In this document: positions 10,536 to 24,341 of the stretch, piece after piece
Layout of the letters: each line of letters opens with the position of its first letter
Position numbering within the stretch: the stretch's first letter is position 1
From: Chara braunii
Lineage: Eukaryota > Plantae > Charophyceae
Direction of reading: 5' to 3'
NCBI GenBank assembly: GCA_003427395.1
Contig: BFEA01000020.1
Coordinates: 1,625,588-1,689,587 of the forward strand
DNA length: 64,000 bases
Notes under the pieces: generated by a model
What the model was told of the DNA's origin: nothing
The model's database searches: none
Seen by the model: the letters and a program-made list of their open reading frames with translations, nothing else
Program-made: the position numbers and the translations under genes

Positions 10536-13500
10536 TTGTTAACCTTCTCTCCTCGACGCTACCATTCCTCCACATACTTCGACGTGCTGGAGACTGGGTA
10601 CGACTTTATCCTTGACATTCCCTGGTCTCGCCGGTTCCGTGGCAAAGAGGCCGAATGGGCGACCGAGAGACTCGTCCTCAAAACGAAGTGTGGTAAAACC
10701 CATCGTGTTCCCTTCATTGGAACGGTGGGCGACACCCCTCCTGACCTACCTTTCCAAGACCCTCGTCCCTCAGGGTCCCACCCCGACATCACCTTCACTT
10801 TTCCCTGTCAGTTTGCTCACTTCATACGATAAGAGGACGTCACATTCTACTCAGTTAACGTCATGGATCTTCTTCGTTATGATCCACTCTGTCCCGAGGT
10901 TGAGCTCATCTCTCTAGAGCCCGATCCCCCTGACCCTTTCTCCATTTTCGTGGCTCCCATCTCTACGTCCACCCGTCAGCCTGCGGATACCCCCTCCACG
11001 TCCCAGGCCCCTGCGCTGTCAACTGTCGAGTCCACACATACGTCTCGTGCCAACGCAGACATTGAGGAACTCACATGGTTCATGGCCGACTTAGAGCCCG
11101 CCGTTCGCAACCTGATTCAAGAGTACCGCGACGTCTTCCCTTTGTATTTCTCATACAGCGGGATCCCTCCGATGCGCGGTGTTGAGCGTTCTATCCAGCT
11201 CGTGCCTGACTATCGTGTTCATCATCAGACACCGTACCAACTCTCGATTCCAGAGGTGACGAATCTCAAGCGTCAGCTTGAGGAGCTCCTTCAACTGGGT
11301 TTCATTGAACCCAGTAGCTCCCCTTAGGGTGCACTCGTCCTCTTTGCTTTCAAAGCGGACGAAACTCTCCACCTCTGCATTGACTACCACGGTCTTAACC
11401 GTTGCACGGTTAAGAAAACTATCCCATGCCTCGTGCAGATGAGCTGTTTGACCGTCTAGCAGACAACCAATTCTTCACGAAGATCGATCTTCATAGCGGT
11501 TACCACCAGATCCGCGTTGCCGCAGAGGATCAACCGAAGACCGTCTTTCGGTCGCGCTTCGGCCACTACGAGTTTACGGCGATGCCATTCGGCCTCACCA
11601 ATGCACCCGCCAGTCAGACGATGATGAACGATATCTTCAGGGATATCCTTGAAGAATACGTTCTTGTATATATGAACGACATCTTGGTCTACAGTAATAC
11701 CTTAGAATACCATATCAGACACCTCTGCGATGTCCTACAGCGCTTACGCAAGCATGACTTTTATGCCAAGCTTAGTAAGTGTCGCTTTGCACATCGCAAA
11801 GTGGACTTCCTAGGACACCATGTGTTTGACCAGGGTCTCCACATGGACGATGCGAAGATCACTGCTATTGTAGAGTAGCATGTCCTCACATCCGTCAAGC
11901 AGCTTCGCAGTTTCCTAGGCCTCACTAGTTACTATAGTAATTTTATCTAGGGATACGCTAGGTATTCCTACGTCCTTACCTCCACCCTCCTCCGGAAGAA
12001 CCCGTCATGGTTTTCAACACCCCTCTGTGAGGATGCTTTTCACGCCCTCAAGAAGGAGGTGACTTGTGCGCCGGTTCTTCGCCTCCCTGATTTTGATCGT
12101 CTCTATCGTCACCACTAATGCGTCAGATTTTGCAGTAGGAGTTGTACTTTCTAAGGTGTTTCCCTCTCCTCCTCATTCACCTTATCCCCATATCCCTCCT
12201 TTCCCCCCCTCTCCTGCTGACACTGCTTCTTGACTGACGCCTACCCTTCCACCACTACCCTCCACTGACAGTCCTCCTGTTTCTTACTTTCCAACCATCG
12301 CAGAGGATGGGATTGTCGAGGCTCGTGCCGGGGATTGCCCAATCGCCTTCTACTCCCATCAGCTACTGCTTGTCGAGATAAACTACACTGTCGATGAATG
12401 TGAGGTTCTCGCAGTAGTTTATGCTATCCTGCACTGGCGTCATTACCTGCATGGGGCACCCTTCACAGTGCGCATGGACAACTCTGTTGTCCAGGCTTTC
12501 CTCACAAAACCCAAGTTTTTCCCTCGATGGGCACGTTGGTGGTGTGATTTATCTGAGTTCAGTTTCACCACTCAGCCCATCAAGGATGGAACAAACCGCG
12601 TCGCCGATGCCTTGTCCCACCGTCCTGATCACAATCAGGAACCCATCCATCTTGCTACCATCTCCATCACCATTGTTGATCAGTCGGTGATCGACGCATA
12701 TAACACTCAGTACCGTCACTGCCCAGATCATTGCGTAATCCACGCGACACTGCGGAATGGCAAGACCGTTCCCTCGTACTCCCTCGTGAGAACAGTCTCG
12801 TGTACTGGCATGACATATCTGGTCAGCTAGAACCACATATCTACGTTCCCTCCACCAGACAGTTCCACGTCCAGACTGTAGCAGAGTTCCATGACTAGGC
12901 AGTTGCCGGTCATATGGGTTTCCACAAGACGTTGGTTTGTGTTTGTCGCCTATACGTCTGGCCGAAGTCCAAGGACTTCGTCAAAGCCTACATCCAAGAG
13001 TGTCCTACCTGCCAGGAGGTGAATAATGGGAACTACTTTCCATATGAGTTACTTCAACCCTTACCCGTACCCGAGGGTCATTGGCTGTCCATCTCGATGG
13101 ATTTCGTTGGTCCTCTCCGCCCACCCACTAAGCGTGGTCATGATGCTATCTTGGTCGTCATCGATCGCTTCACGAAGTGTGCACGTTTTGTCCCATGCGG
13201 CTATCGCATTAGCGCTCGTGAGGTCGCCGACATCATCTTCGACCGAGTCGTGAGAGATCACGACTCACCTCAGAGCATCATCTCCGACCGTGACCCATGC
13301 TTTACCAGCACATTCTGGTGACGCCTACACAAGGTGTACAGATCCAAACTCCGCTTCTCATCGTCTTACCACCCTCAGACGGATGGTTAGACTGAGGTCA
13401 CCAATAAAACTCTTAGTAATATCATCCGAAAGTTTGTTAGGGATGACCAGCAGTGAGACTTACACTTAGTCTACGCGGAGATTGCATACAACCACACTCT

Positions 13501-14365
13501 TTCGCCAGCCACCCTCGACTACCACCCTCGCGTACCCGCGAACTTCCTACAACCATCGAGGTTACGCCCAGACACTCGTTGTCCTGCGCTTGACGGCTGA
13601 ACCGCCCACATGACGACGATTATGAATCGCGCATAGGAGAGTCTAACCGACTCCCAGACTCGCATGGCCGCATGAGCAAACTGATCACGAATGGATCACA
13701 TGCGAGCAAACCGATCACGAATGGATCACGCATTCAAAGTGGGTGACGATGTGCTCGTCGACGCACGCCACTTACAGCTCGAAGCGGATACACTTCGCAA
13801 GTTCAGACATCGTTTCTTCAATCCATGACGCATCCTTCAGGCCGCCAGTTCTTATACTGCCACTACTCCAGCCATCTTTCGTGTGAAGCTACCTGATTAC
13901 CTTCGACAGGCTCGCGTACATGATGTTTACCACGTCTCCTTGTTGCGTCCTTATCGCAGACCGTCTGAGCGCCTCCCCGGATGCCCTTATAAGCGCCCTC
14001 CACCCATCATGGTGGACGGTCATGAGGAGTTCGTCGTTTCTGACATCGTATCTCGCTGAGTTACCGACGATACCCCTCCACGCATCGAGTACTGTATGCG
14101 TTGGAAGGACTATCCTGATGAGGAGGCTACGTGGGAGCCCCTCGAGCACTTGGAGCACGCCCGAATGTTGGTGCGTACATATGATCGTGCTCGTCGTGCT
14201 GAGACATCTGCTCATACTCATCTGACTGACCCTCTTCCTCCTCCTCCGCCTGAGGAGATTGCTGAGGACGAGCCCGCTCCCTCTGAGGCCGTTCTTCAGC
14301 AGCAGACGAACGCCTCCGCGTGTTCACAATGCACTCGTCGACGCCCTCGACGTCTCGACGATTGA
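10536..14365 (+). pseudogene. Chromovirus pol (PR C-terminus, RT, RNase H, integrase, chromodomain), decayed
   Basis: PR: YDFILDIPW. RT: KIDLHSGYHQIR, MPFGLTNAPA and YMNDILVYS (mutated YxDD). RNase H: NASDFAVGVVLS and NRVADALS. Integrase: GHMGFHKT..CPTC, ISMDFVGP and IISDRD. Chromodomain: RWKDYPDEEATWEPLEHL. Confidence 0.95.
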
Positions 14366-15322
14366 CACTCTGATCACCTACTATCTCCCTACTGACTCAC
14401 ACCATCGGGTACTCCATCATCAACTTCTTCAGGATGTCAACGTTTTGCGGCTCTGCTTTGACATCGGCTCGACTCCTACTTCATCGACACCATCGACCAC
14501 CTCGACGACTTCAGCTACCTTATCGGCTTTAACCACTTTTGACGTGACTACTTCACATCACCACCCTACCCTGTATATCCCCTTGCATGTGTCACATGAT
14601 GATTCTCACTTAGCTGGGTCTCTCTGAGTTGGTCTCTCCCTTGGTATCGCATAGGCATTGGGACCGTAGCGTTATCTTGACTTCCCTGCTCCCAGATCTA
14701 GCTCTCTCCCTCATTCGGTGAGTTGTGTGCATGTTTCCCTCACCCACTGCCTTCATCACCCTAGTGCCGGCTCTTGCATGCCTTTAGTCAGGCATATCTC
14801 CACCATATTCCAGGCTCCCCTTTTCATGGTTGACCTTGCATGATGTCACCCTTTTGTCGAGCATTACCCGCTTTAATGGTCTATCTGTTAGGGTCATTGG
14901 CTTTGTTTCGCTACCACTCTCCCACCTTGAGCCTGACGACCTATCCCACCTTTGTGTGTGACTGCCCTTAAAAGTTTCGATTCTTAGGCTGCATTCACCT
15001 CCTCTGAGACCATCCCACTCTTAGGAGTTCAACGACATGACATTATCTTGTGACATATTGCTCTTTTTCCTTTCAGCATTGAGACCATTGCCTCTAGCAC
15101 TTTAGGATTGTATCATGCTACATTTCATTTTCTGTTGTTAGTTAGGATGTGTACACCAAACATTTGTTTTTTATTTGATATTATGTAGCTTAGGCTGCAT
15201 GGCATGAACTTCGCATGGAGCTTGCTCCGCATCCTAGATTTCTCAACTTTCTTTATTGCAGAGTTTCGCTGCTAGGATAGCGTGTTTATGACTCTTGCAA
15301 TCCATTACAGGTCTGAGGATCG

Positions 15323-15674
15323 TGCAGCGGGCCTCCATCTACCCTGGCCTACAGCCAGGGCCTATTCGACTATTTGTCAGTTTGGCCTGTGGGACCAAGC
15401 CGTGGCCTGAACCCACAAGCCGTGTGTTGTTCCTGTCCAGTCCAGTCGGTACCACTATCGGTACCGGGCCAGTCCAGACCATCCCAGTCAGTCCGCTGGG
15501 GGTATACCCCAACTGTTGTTTGTTTTTTATATCATTCTCACTTTGCACTTATTGGAGTACGTGCCGTGTTGAGTTTGCATCGGAGTTGCGCTGCCCCTTC
15601 CAGCTCCATCTCCACTTCCTCCTTCCTCAACCCTCAACCCTCAACCCTCTTGTCCACATCCTTAAGACGGACCA
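15323..15674 (+). repeat. 3' LTR of chromovirus, 3'-truncated
   Basis: Starts TGCAGCGGGCCTCCATCTACC like 4669. Similarity stops at GACGGACC, about 25 bp short of the 5' LTR end. Confidence 0.9.
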
Positions 15675-15782
15675 TAATTTTAATCATGAAACGGGGATAA
15701 TAGGAGGAGAGGAAAACACCTGAGAAAGTACAACTCCTACTGCAAAAGGGTTGTCCACTTCCCGTTTCGTGATTAAAGTTAT
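15674..15782. repeat. 22-bp inverted repeat enclosing an antisense RNase H fragment
   Basis: Arms are ATAATTTTAATCATGAAACGGG (15674-15695) and CCCGTTTCGTGATTAAAGTTAT (15761-15782). The segment 15702-15747 is the reverse complement of 12128-12173 at 44/46. Confidence 0.85.
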
Positions 15783-17512
15783 CGACTGCAATATCGTGGT
15801 GGGGGTGTTATTGCTTCGTGTTGCATAAGGATATGGCCGTGAGAACAACGAAGTACATTTAAGATATTGCTAATAATAAGTGTGCTCCAATGTCAGTGCA
15901 ATGTGATTGCCAGATAAGGTGACACCACGAAGATAGATGTTGCGGGGATCACAGTTTCATTCCTCTGAATTTTCGTTATTGTTGTTTTTTTCTCCTTATT
16001 CTATTTTTTGTTTTTTTATTATGCCCCATCTTTGTCCAACATGAATGAACCTTACACTCGAGCAGAGGTAGGTTCGTTCAAACGAAACTAGCAAAAAGTC
16101 GGTTATTATAGTGTGGTAGTGCGATAACGTGACTACGTTTTATTGAAGATTTTTCTTAAGTTGTGGGGAGCTAAGCGTGGGTGGTAATAAAATTATGAGC
16201 GCTCACATCCTTTGCGTGGTGTGACCTGGCAATGTACATGTGAGTAGATTGTAGATTGTACCAAGCTGGAGTGCTGACCGGTTGGATTACAAGGCAAGTA
16301 TACGGGGTAAGAGGTGATTATAACAAGCGCTAGCTTGCCATTGGTTGAGTTCAACAACAGGTTGCATGAATGTTCCTTTGGTTAGGTGTTTATGCTAGTT
16401 CATGAAAATAGATTGTGCTTGTAGAGCGGCCTCGATTGTGTTACTGGCAATGACCTGATTGAGGAACTGCTGCTATTTGGAGGTTGTTATCGCAACTTGG
16501 GACTGTCATTTCGATTGATTGTTACGGTTGCCATTACTTGGAGTCTGCTACTGGCCTGTTCTCGTGTGATAGTACCTCATTGTCAAGTTGTTATTATTAC
16601 AATTGGCTACCATTGCGGGCCCCTCAGAACATGAAGGCACCAAGGCCCTCTGTGCGAGTCTCGATGACCCCTTTAGTATCTTGAGAGACTTAGAGATTCT
16701 TTCTCTGCCTTTCTCACTTTAAGTCTGGTCTAATTGTTCAAAAGAGGAAGATAGAAGATGGGATTGCAACCTAGAAGACATCAAGGCCCTATGGGGGACT
16801 CAACCCACTGATTGCGAGAGCTCTGCAGGAGCCTAGGCGGGGTTATGGACGTAGGGAACTGTTAGGTACAAGATGTCTCGCATGTATGCTCCTATATTCC
16901 CTTAACTATACTACTTTCTATTTTCTCTGAAAGTGAGACTGAAGTTATTTGTCATCTACTTAATTTTATTTCATCACTTTATCTAAGCTGAGGTTAATAA
17001 ATTGTGTGTCAAAGTTCAGATTACTTGTTTGAAAGCAGAGATAATGAACGGGGTGAATAAATTATGTGTGAAAATTCAGATTACTTGTTATAGGTACACC
17101 TTCGCTAGTAGGAAGGGAATAACAATTGAACTCTCGTTCCATTTACGTAAGAGCAGGGAAAAGGTGGTAGTAACCGTTATCGCAAAGAAGATCGAGGTCG
17201 TTCTTAGGAAGGAGAGAAATATGTTGACCTTAAGGAATTACAGGGACTCGCTCCGCTAGGATATATTGTTGAAAATCTTATGTACCTTGTACTGGGTACT
17301 GAACCGATTTAGTAAGCTCCTCAAGGGGAAAATTTAGTATTATTCCTTAGTCAGGTGTGGGGACAGACCCACCACGGTCTTTTTCAGGGAGGTTGTAGAT
17401 TGACAAAAGTGGAGAGGTTATTTCTTCGTCGAAGCAAATGAAAAGATTAGTCAGTAGACTCTAAAACCTGGACGACGTGATTCTCAGGGAAACCGCTGTG
17501 TGTGAGACGAAA

Positions 17513-20500
17513 ATGACAACTGAGGGCGAAGGAGATTATCGTAGGAGCGAGGGAGGTCAAAACGTGGGAGGGAGTGCAAAGTGAGACAAAGGGGTTTAAA
17601 AGTACCATAAGTCAGCAAATCCGGAAGGCACCAAGGAAAGGAGGAAGGAAGTTACATAGGGGGAAAGTTCGAAAAAAGTTGGAGGGAGCAAGCGAGGGAC
17701 CCAGGGAACCGAGGGAGACAGGGAAAAGGGCAGACAAAGGCCGCGAGTTTCAGAAGGGGCACTTTCAAAGAAGATAAGGTTGACTGACGCACGGTAAAAG
17801 TTAGCGGAAATAAAAAAAAGGACCGCCAAATGCAAGGCAGGATTGATCGAGAAAATGATGAATGAGGGTGAGAGAGACCTTGCCAAGGAAAGACCACGAG
17901 AAAAACGAAGAGCGAACCAGAAACAAAAGAACTAGGATGAAATCGGGAGGGGGAGGAAAGATAGAGTTGACGAACACAACGACATCCCCAACAAGAATGA
18001 GAAGGAAATGACCAGGTCTCAAAAAATGGAGGTGGAAAAAGTAACGAACCCGTCGGTCATAGGCAGTGGGCCAAGCCGGTTAGCGGTCGTGCCAGTGATA
18101 ATGAAAGGATGTAAGGGGCTTTGGAATTTGAGGGAACGAGTGTTGGGCTGGTTTGATCCCGAATGTATCGCAAAAGCTAGAGGAGGGTCATAAGTTGACA
18201 AGGATGAGCAGGAAATGGGCACGGCCGGCGAGGCTAGCTGTTCTGAAGGCGGTCTCAGGAAAGTGGTGGCATCCTTTACTTGAGTGTTCAACAAGAATTA
18301 GGGGTACCTTCCCAATGCGAAGAAAAAATTAACTTTTGATGGGGCAAATATTACGATGTTCTTAATAGACTATGAAAATCTGGCAGCGCTGCTGAAATGG
18401 AATGAAGAGGATAAAATTAATAATCTCGGTTAATATGTATCACTGAACCTAGGTAAAGACATAATGATTATTGTCGCAGCCAACGATTTATGGAAGGAGG
18501 CATGAAATTTCATAATGAGGAAGTACCTGACAACAAAAAAAATGGCAACTGAAACTGAACTGACTGCAGTTCAAAGGACAAATTTCGCTACGTATAGCGA
18601 CTTTCTTAGGGAGTTCGCCCTGGTGGCACTATAGATCCCCGGAGTAATGAATTGTATTATGAAGTATTTCCTTAGGCAATTTGCTGAGTTCGACAAAGGC
18701 AAGATCATGTCTGTATACCAATAAACAATAAAATTCGTAAATACGAGGGATGTTAACTTTAGCACAGTAACGGACATACCCGAGAAGATGGTCATAACCG
18801 AGTTATTGGCCATGTTGAAAGAAGAAGAAGTCATAAGTACCCACCACGACGGGAAACAAGGTAAGGAGGGGGATAAAGAAGTTGCATGATCGCTTCCACA
18901 GGGTCGACAATAAAATCAAAAGGGTGGAAAATGCCCTGATGGTAGTGCAAGCTCAGGTATCATGACCTCCGCTCGCTCAGCAAGAAGCAGTAGTTTCGAT
19001 TGGGGTGGCCAACCGTGGGAGCAATAAGAGGGATCCGACCTACGATAATTGCAGATACTGCACAACAGTCGACCACTTTATACATACGTGCCATAAACTC
19101 AACCATGATATTGTACGAAAAATATGCTCTATGACATTAAAAGAGAAGATCCTTGGACCCCAAGGGGAACGAGTAAATTGGAATTCGCCAGGAGGGATGC
19201 GACAAACAGTAATTGCCCTCAACAACTTGGACGTCGTTGTGGCATAAGCAGAGCAAATTGCAGAGATCGGCTGGGACCAAGCCTGGGGACGCGGAGCGCA
19301 TGTTAACTTTATCCTAGAAAGTGACGAACGAGACAAAGTGAATGTGACTACAAGGCAACAAACGACGGAGAAGAAAATTGTAGAAGACGCAGGGGAAGGC
19401 TCCGGGATGCCATAGAAAATCGGGGCTCATGAGTAGGAGAAAGTTTATGGGAAGCTTAGGGAAGAGGGGACATCGGACAAAGTAGCCACAAAAAATAAAA
19501 AGTCCAGGTACCAGATTCCTATTCCGATTGTGCCCGAGATCGACGATACCCTTAGTAAGCTTCAGGGAACCATGATGTCAGTATTGTTTCAGACCATGCT
19601 GCAGACAAGTCCCAAAGTTATCTGAGGTCTTAGGTAACTACTGAACCGCCGAAAGTGGAAGTGGACAAGAGCTTGGAGCCCCGGGAGGAGGAAAAGGAGG
19701 ATGAGATCCGCAAGAGGTCGCCAACCTCCAAAGGATTCAAAGAGACATAGAAGACTTGAAAAAGGTTTTTGTTGATATTCGCCTAAGCTTACTCGATCGC
19801 GAAGAAAGGGAAGTTAGTAGGGCACCTCCTGGAAAAAAACTTAGTTTTCATGCCTTACCTGTGAGGAAACTTGAAGTACAAATCGGGACCCATCACACAT
19901 ATGTGTTGGTGGATGGAGGAGCGAAAATCACGCTTATCAGAAAATATTTTGCGAAGATCATATGTTACGCCATCAACAAGGAGACAATGAGAAACATTTG
20001 AGGAGTTGGTAGGGAAATCCCGTTCTCTGGGTACGTTACTAATTGTGCAGTCAAGGCTAGAGTCAGGGAGTCTATTTGGTCATTTCAACAGATGGCCATC
20101 ATGTGCGAAATGAACCATGATATAATCATCGGGAGACCCTAGTGCCTGAATGCAGAAATGATCGGTATGTACCTGCATGATAGGGCGTACGTGGTGGACA
20201 TAGAGGATCTTGTGACGAGACGTGGTGAGTTGTTCTGACTCATTGGAACGGGAGAGAAACCTCCAAAGGGAAAATTAGCATCATGGTCGCCATCCTTTGA
20301 GGAGAGCACCCGCAAGGAGCCCTTCGCACGGACGAAAAGTATGAGGGGAAGAGTGAAAATCTTGATCAAAGTGGCGTTTAGCAAGAAGGAGTGGGTAAAA
20401 TGGGGTTACCCAAGAAAAAGACGAGGCAGGAAGATGACGCCTTAGGCGTCATGGTAGTGGAAAGGGAACCAAAAATTGAGTTGGGGGCTCGCTTACCCAA

Positions 20501-23500
20501 ACCAAAGGACGGACGGACCGAGGAGACAAAAGTGACTCTCGAAATCCCCGATCTGTTACAACTTGTTAAAGCTGTCAGGTAACACAAGGTTGGGGTAAAA
20601 TCCAGTCATGCTCAAGAAATTTGAGGTTGAAGTCTGAAAGGTCTATTGTTTGAATAGTAAACTGATCAGTATCGAGTTGTGAATTGTTGAGATGGCGAGG
20701 GCAGTACCTACCGCTTTTTTTTTTTAAACGAAAGATCCCGGAAGGAAGTGTTCGCAAGTATAAACCAGTAGGAAATAAGGCTAAACCCATCTCGGTTTTG
20801 CTAGAGACGACTAAGGAAGAGGTTGTGGCAAAGGAAGAGGAGGTCCTTCGGGTCATCAGATACAGAAGAGTGAGAGAAGGACACCGAATACCAGACGGAA
20901 TAACTGATACCATGAACTTCAAGGTAGGAGTGGACGGGTTCCTAACGGAACATAAAAATTGACTGATCAAGAAAACCTGTCAGGAGTTTCACCCTGCTTT
21001 TGCTTTCAATGATCATCAGAAGAGACGGTTGGAGGCAAAGCTAATACCACCCGTTAGGATTCACCCCATGGAACACGAATGTTGGAATGATAGAGGACCA
21101 AAATACGATTTTGGAATTGCAGGCAAAGCAACGGATCTGCTCATGGCAAAGATGAACTCCTTTTACGACATCTCCGTACGCAAATAGCTGGTTCGTCTTT
21201 ATGAAGTCAAGCAAGATCCCGAGATGAATATAAAATTTACAAAAATTAAATATCGTAACCATTCGGGATGTGGGATCGCTGCCCCAGGCAGAACAATTGG
21301 CGGAATCTCACGCTGGACGAGACATTTACTCTCTTATAAGATCTTTACTCCGGGTACGATCGACTTCCACTGGATGCATGGGATAGACCTTATACGGCCA
21401 TGCACACTCCAAGAGGTCAATTGCAAATGCAGGTAACCCCGATGGGTTTCATAAGTGCGGTGACCGAGGCACAAAGAAGGATGTTTATAGTCACCGATGA
21501 CATGTTTCCAGTAAAATCCGAACTTTAAATTGATGACAACCCGATTAAAGGTGTTGGGGAGAAAGACGAGACCGAGATACAGCCTGTAATCCGAAAATTT
21601 GTATGAGACCATTTGCAAGATATTAAGAAACTCCTTTGCCGGTTCTTGATATGTAACATCATAGCCAGTGACCCTAAAAATATTTTAGCAGTTCTGAAAG
21701 TCACCATTCTAGTGATTCATAGTGGATCTTACGAAAGGAAGCTTGATCCAACCAAAACCGACAAAATTTCCCAGTGCCCAACACCGCTGCGAACGACAAA
21801 GGAAGTAAGAGCCTTTCTGAGATTCGTAGGGTTTTGAAGGATATTCATCAAGGGTTTTGCCATAATAGTTGAGCCTATTCGCGCCTTAAATTGTGGGGAA
21901 CAAACAAAATTTGTATGGAACCATTGGCAGGATATTAAGGAACTCCTTCGCCGGTTTTTGATATATAACATCACTACCAGTGACCCGAAAAGTATTATAG
22001 CAGTTTCGGAAGTCACCATTCTACGGTTTTGTTGCGATCTTACGAAAGGAAGCTCGGTCCAACCAAAACCGAAAAGATTTTCTAGTGGCCAACACCGCTG
22101 CGAACGGCAACGAAAGTAAGAGTCTTTTTTGGGGTCGTAGGGTTTTGAAAAATATTCATCAAGGGTTTTGCCAGAATAGCTGAGCCTATCCGAGCCATGA
22201 ACTGTGGGGAAGGAATTATGGATTAGACCAAGGAACGAGAAACCGTTGCTAAGAAACTCAAAGATATATTGACGTCGAACCAAGTTACCCTAGCAGCTTC
22301 ATGATTTAATGACGAAGTAGGACAACCGTTCATTCTCGAGACCGATGGGGGACCCCTGGTCATGGGTGGAGTCTTGATCCCAAGGGGTGAAGAAGGCAGA
22401 AAGAGACTCATTGCATTTGAGAGCATGATATTGAACTTTGTCGAACAACGTTACTCCCAATTCAAGAAAGAGGTGTTGGTCATCCTTCACTGCCTCAAGA
22501 TTTTATAAGCTTATCTGTTTGGATGAGACTGTATTTTGAGGATTGATCCGACCAACGTCTTAGACGCCTTAAAGAATTGCACGACTACAAACCCCACTAT
22601 GGGTAGGCGGGTAGGTTTCATCTGGCAGTTTGATTATAAAATCGAGCGAATTGCGGGGCTCAGGAATAAGGCCGATGGTCTAAGCCGGATCTGCATCACC
22701 CTAGAATCCAATAGGGAGTGCAGGATGCGGAACCCATCGAGGCTTTCCTTGATTACGAAGGAGGGACCTTGGTAGTGGACAGTGAAATGATGAACGAGGC
22801 ATGCGCATAAGAGAAATTGCTTATTCAAACTCTAGAAAAGGGACCGCTGGTCATAGTTACAGAGAAGGACCAATCACAAGACAATATATTAAGGAGGAGA
22901 AAGACTCATGGGGGGAAACAGTGGGTCCAAGTGAGGAGCTGATAGTAATGACAGTCGAAAGAGGCCGAGACGCCATTATGAACATAGCGGAATCATGGGA
23001 ACAGATGGAGCAGAAGTACCTAGTGAAGAAGACTCAAGATGGGCAAGGAGATTCCCAGGGGAGGGAGGGGGTGAATTTTTCTACGTCAAGGCCTATGACG
23101 GGATTCTTAAACAAAATCAGGTTGTTGTTAGTAGGAAATAAGGAAACTATGGCGGTCAGTGTAAAAGCAAGAGCTAGTATGTCTTGAAGGGTGAACATTT
23201 GTTCAAGAGAGAGGAAGGATCTATACCACGAAGGGTTGTATGCGGAAGGTCTAGGTAGTTGAACATAGTCCAAGCAATGCATGATGGCTTGGCTGGGGGT
23301 CATTGTTCCTCAAAAGGGACACTGACAAAAATAACACGACTCTACTTCTAACCAGGTGTGGGAAGTATGGTGACGACTTATTGCCAAATTTGTTTAACAT
23401 GTCAAGAACGGAGTTCGGTCCGCATATTCGAACCCCTAAAACCCACTCATGTGCTAAGGTTATGACACCTAGTCCACATCGACCTCGTGGTTATGCCTGT

Positions 23501-24341
23501 GTCAACGGAGGGGTATAAGTATATCCTTGACGCAAGAGATAACCTAAACAAATTTGTGGAGGCAGTGACCATCAAGAAGAAAACCAAGAGAGGGGTCGTG
23601 AATTGGATCGAGGATTTCTACTTAAGACACTCATTCATCAGGTGGTTCACAATAAATAATAGGATCGAGTTCGTAAATCATGAAGTCCTCAGCATCTTCA
23701 ATAGGCTTCACCTATCCATTAAGCTTATCAAGCCGTATCATCCGGAGGCCAACGCTCCCGTACAAAGAGGACACTGGACCTTGAAAAACACGGTTGCAAA
23801 GGTGGCAACAGATGACCTTAGAAGTTGGCCCTAGTATCTTAAACAAACCATATTCCGAGATAACGTGACCCCCAAAAGGACTACGGGATGTACCCTAACA
23901 TAACTTTGGTATGAGAGGGAGATTGACTTTCCAGTGGAGGCCTTAGTACCAACCTGGAACAAGCTGGACGATGATCCGCGCTTGACAACAGAACAATTAA
24001 TTGAGGTCCGGTGCCAACAGGTGCTTAGCAACAAGGAGGCAATGAAAAAAATTGTTAACCAAGTTTTTGATAGCAAGATGAATGACAAAGCAATGTGAGA
24101 TCAGATCAATAATATCAAGAAAGAGCCACTTCAATTGGGGGAGATGGTACTGGTCAGAAATTCAGCACTCGAGAATACATGGTCAAGACAGTTGAGAAGA
24201 AGGTTCAAGAGTCTCTATCGAGTGGCTAAGCGTGTTGGATTGAACACTTTTGAGTTGAAAGACTTGGATGGGGCTGGACTGAAGGGGTTCTTTCTGGGAT
24301 AACAACTGGTTAGGTTTCTAAGTCGGGATCCAATGGAATAG
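17513..24341 (+). mobile_element. Second Ty3/Gypsy-like retrotransposon (gag-pol), heavily decayed; LTRs not identified
   Basis: gag FDGANITMFLIDYENL (~18335) and zinc knuckle CRYCTTVDHFIHTC (~19050). Protease VLVDGGA (~19905). RT remnants 21050-21850. RNase H ILETDGG (~22335) and NKADGLSR. Integrase core with PYHPEANAPVQRGH (~23735). Confidence 0.88.
21594..22212 (+). repeat. Tandem duplication (~312 bp x2) within the RT/connection region
   Basis: AAAATTTGTATG..ACCATT.GCA.GATATTAAG.AACTCC ... TGTGGGGAA occurs at ~21594-21900 and ~21907-22211. Confidence 0.88.

Larger units (their letters stand above)
4669..15674 (+). mobile_element. Ty3/Gypsy chromovirus LTR retrotransposon, near full length, decayed
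   Basis: Paired LTRs (4669-5028 and 15323-~15674), a Met-tRNA PBS, and domain order gag-PR-RT-RNaseH-IN-chromodomain with many stops and frameshifts. Confidence 0.95.

Noticed and set aside
13670-13730. ~31-bp tandem duplication in integrase
   Set aside because: It is a local slippage event in a dead copy and not informative.
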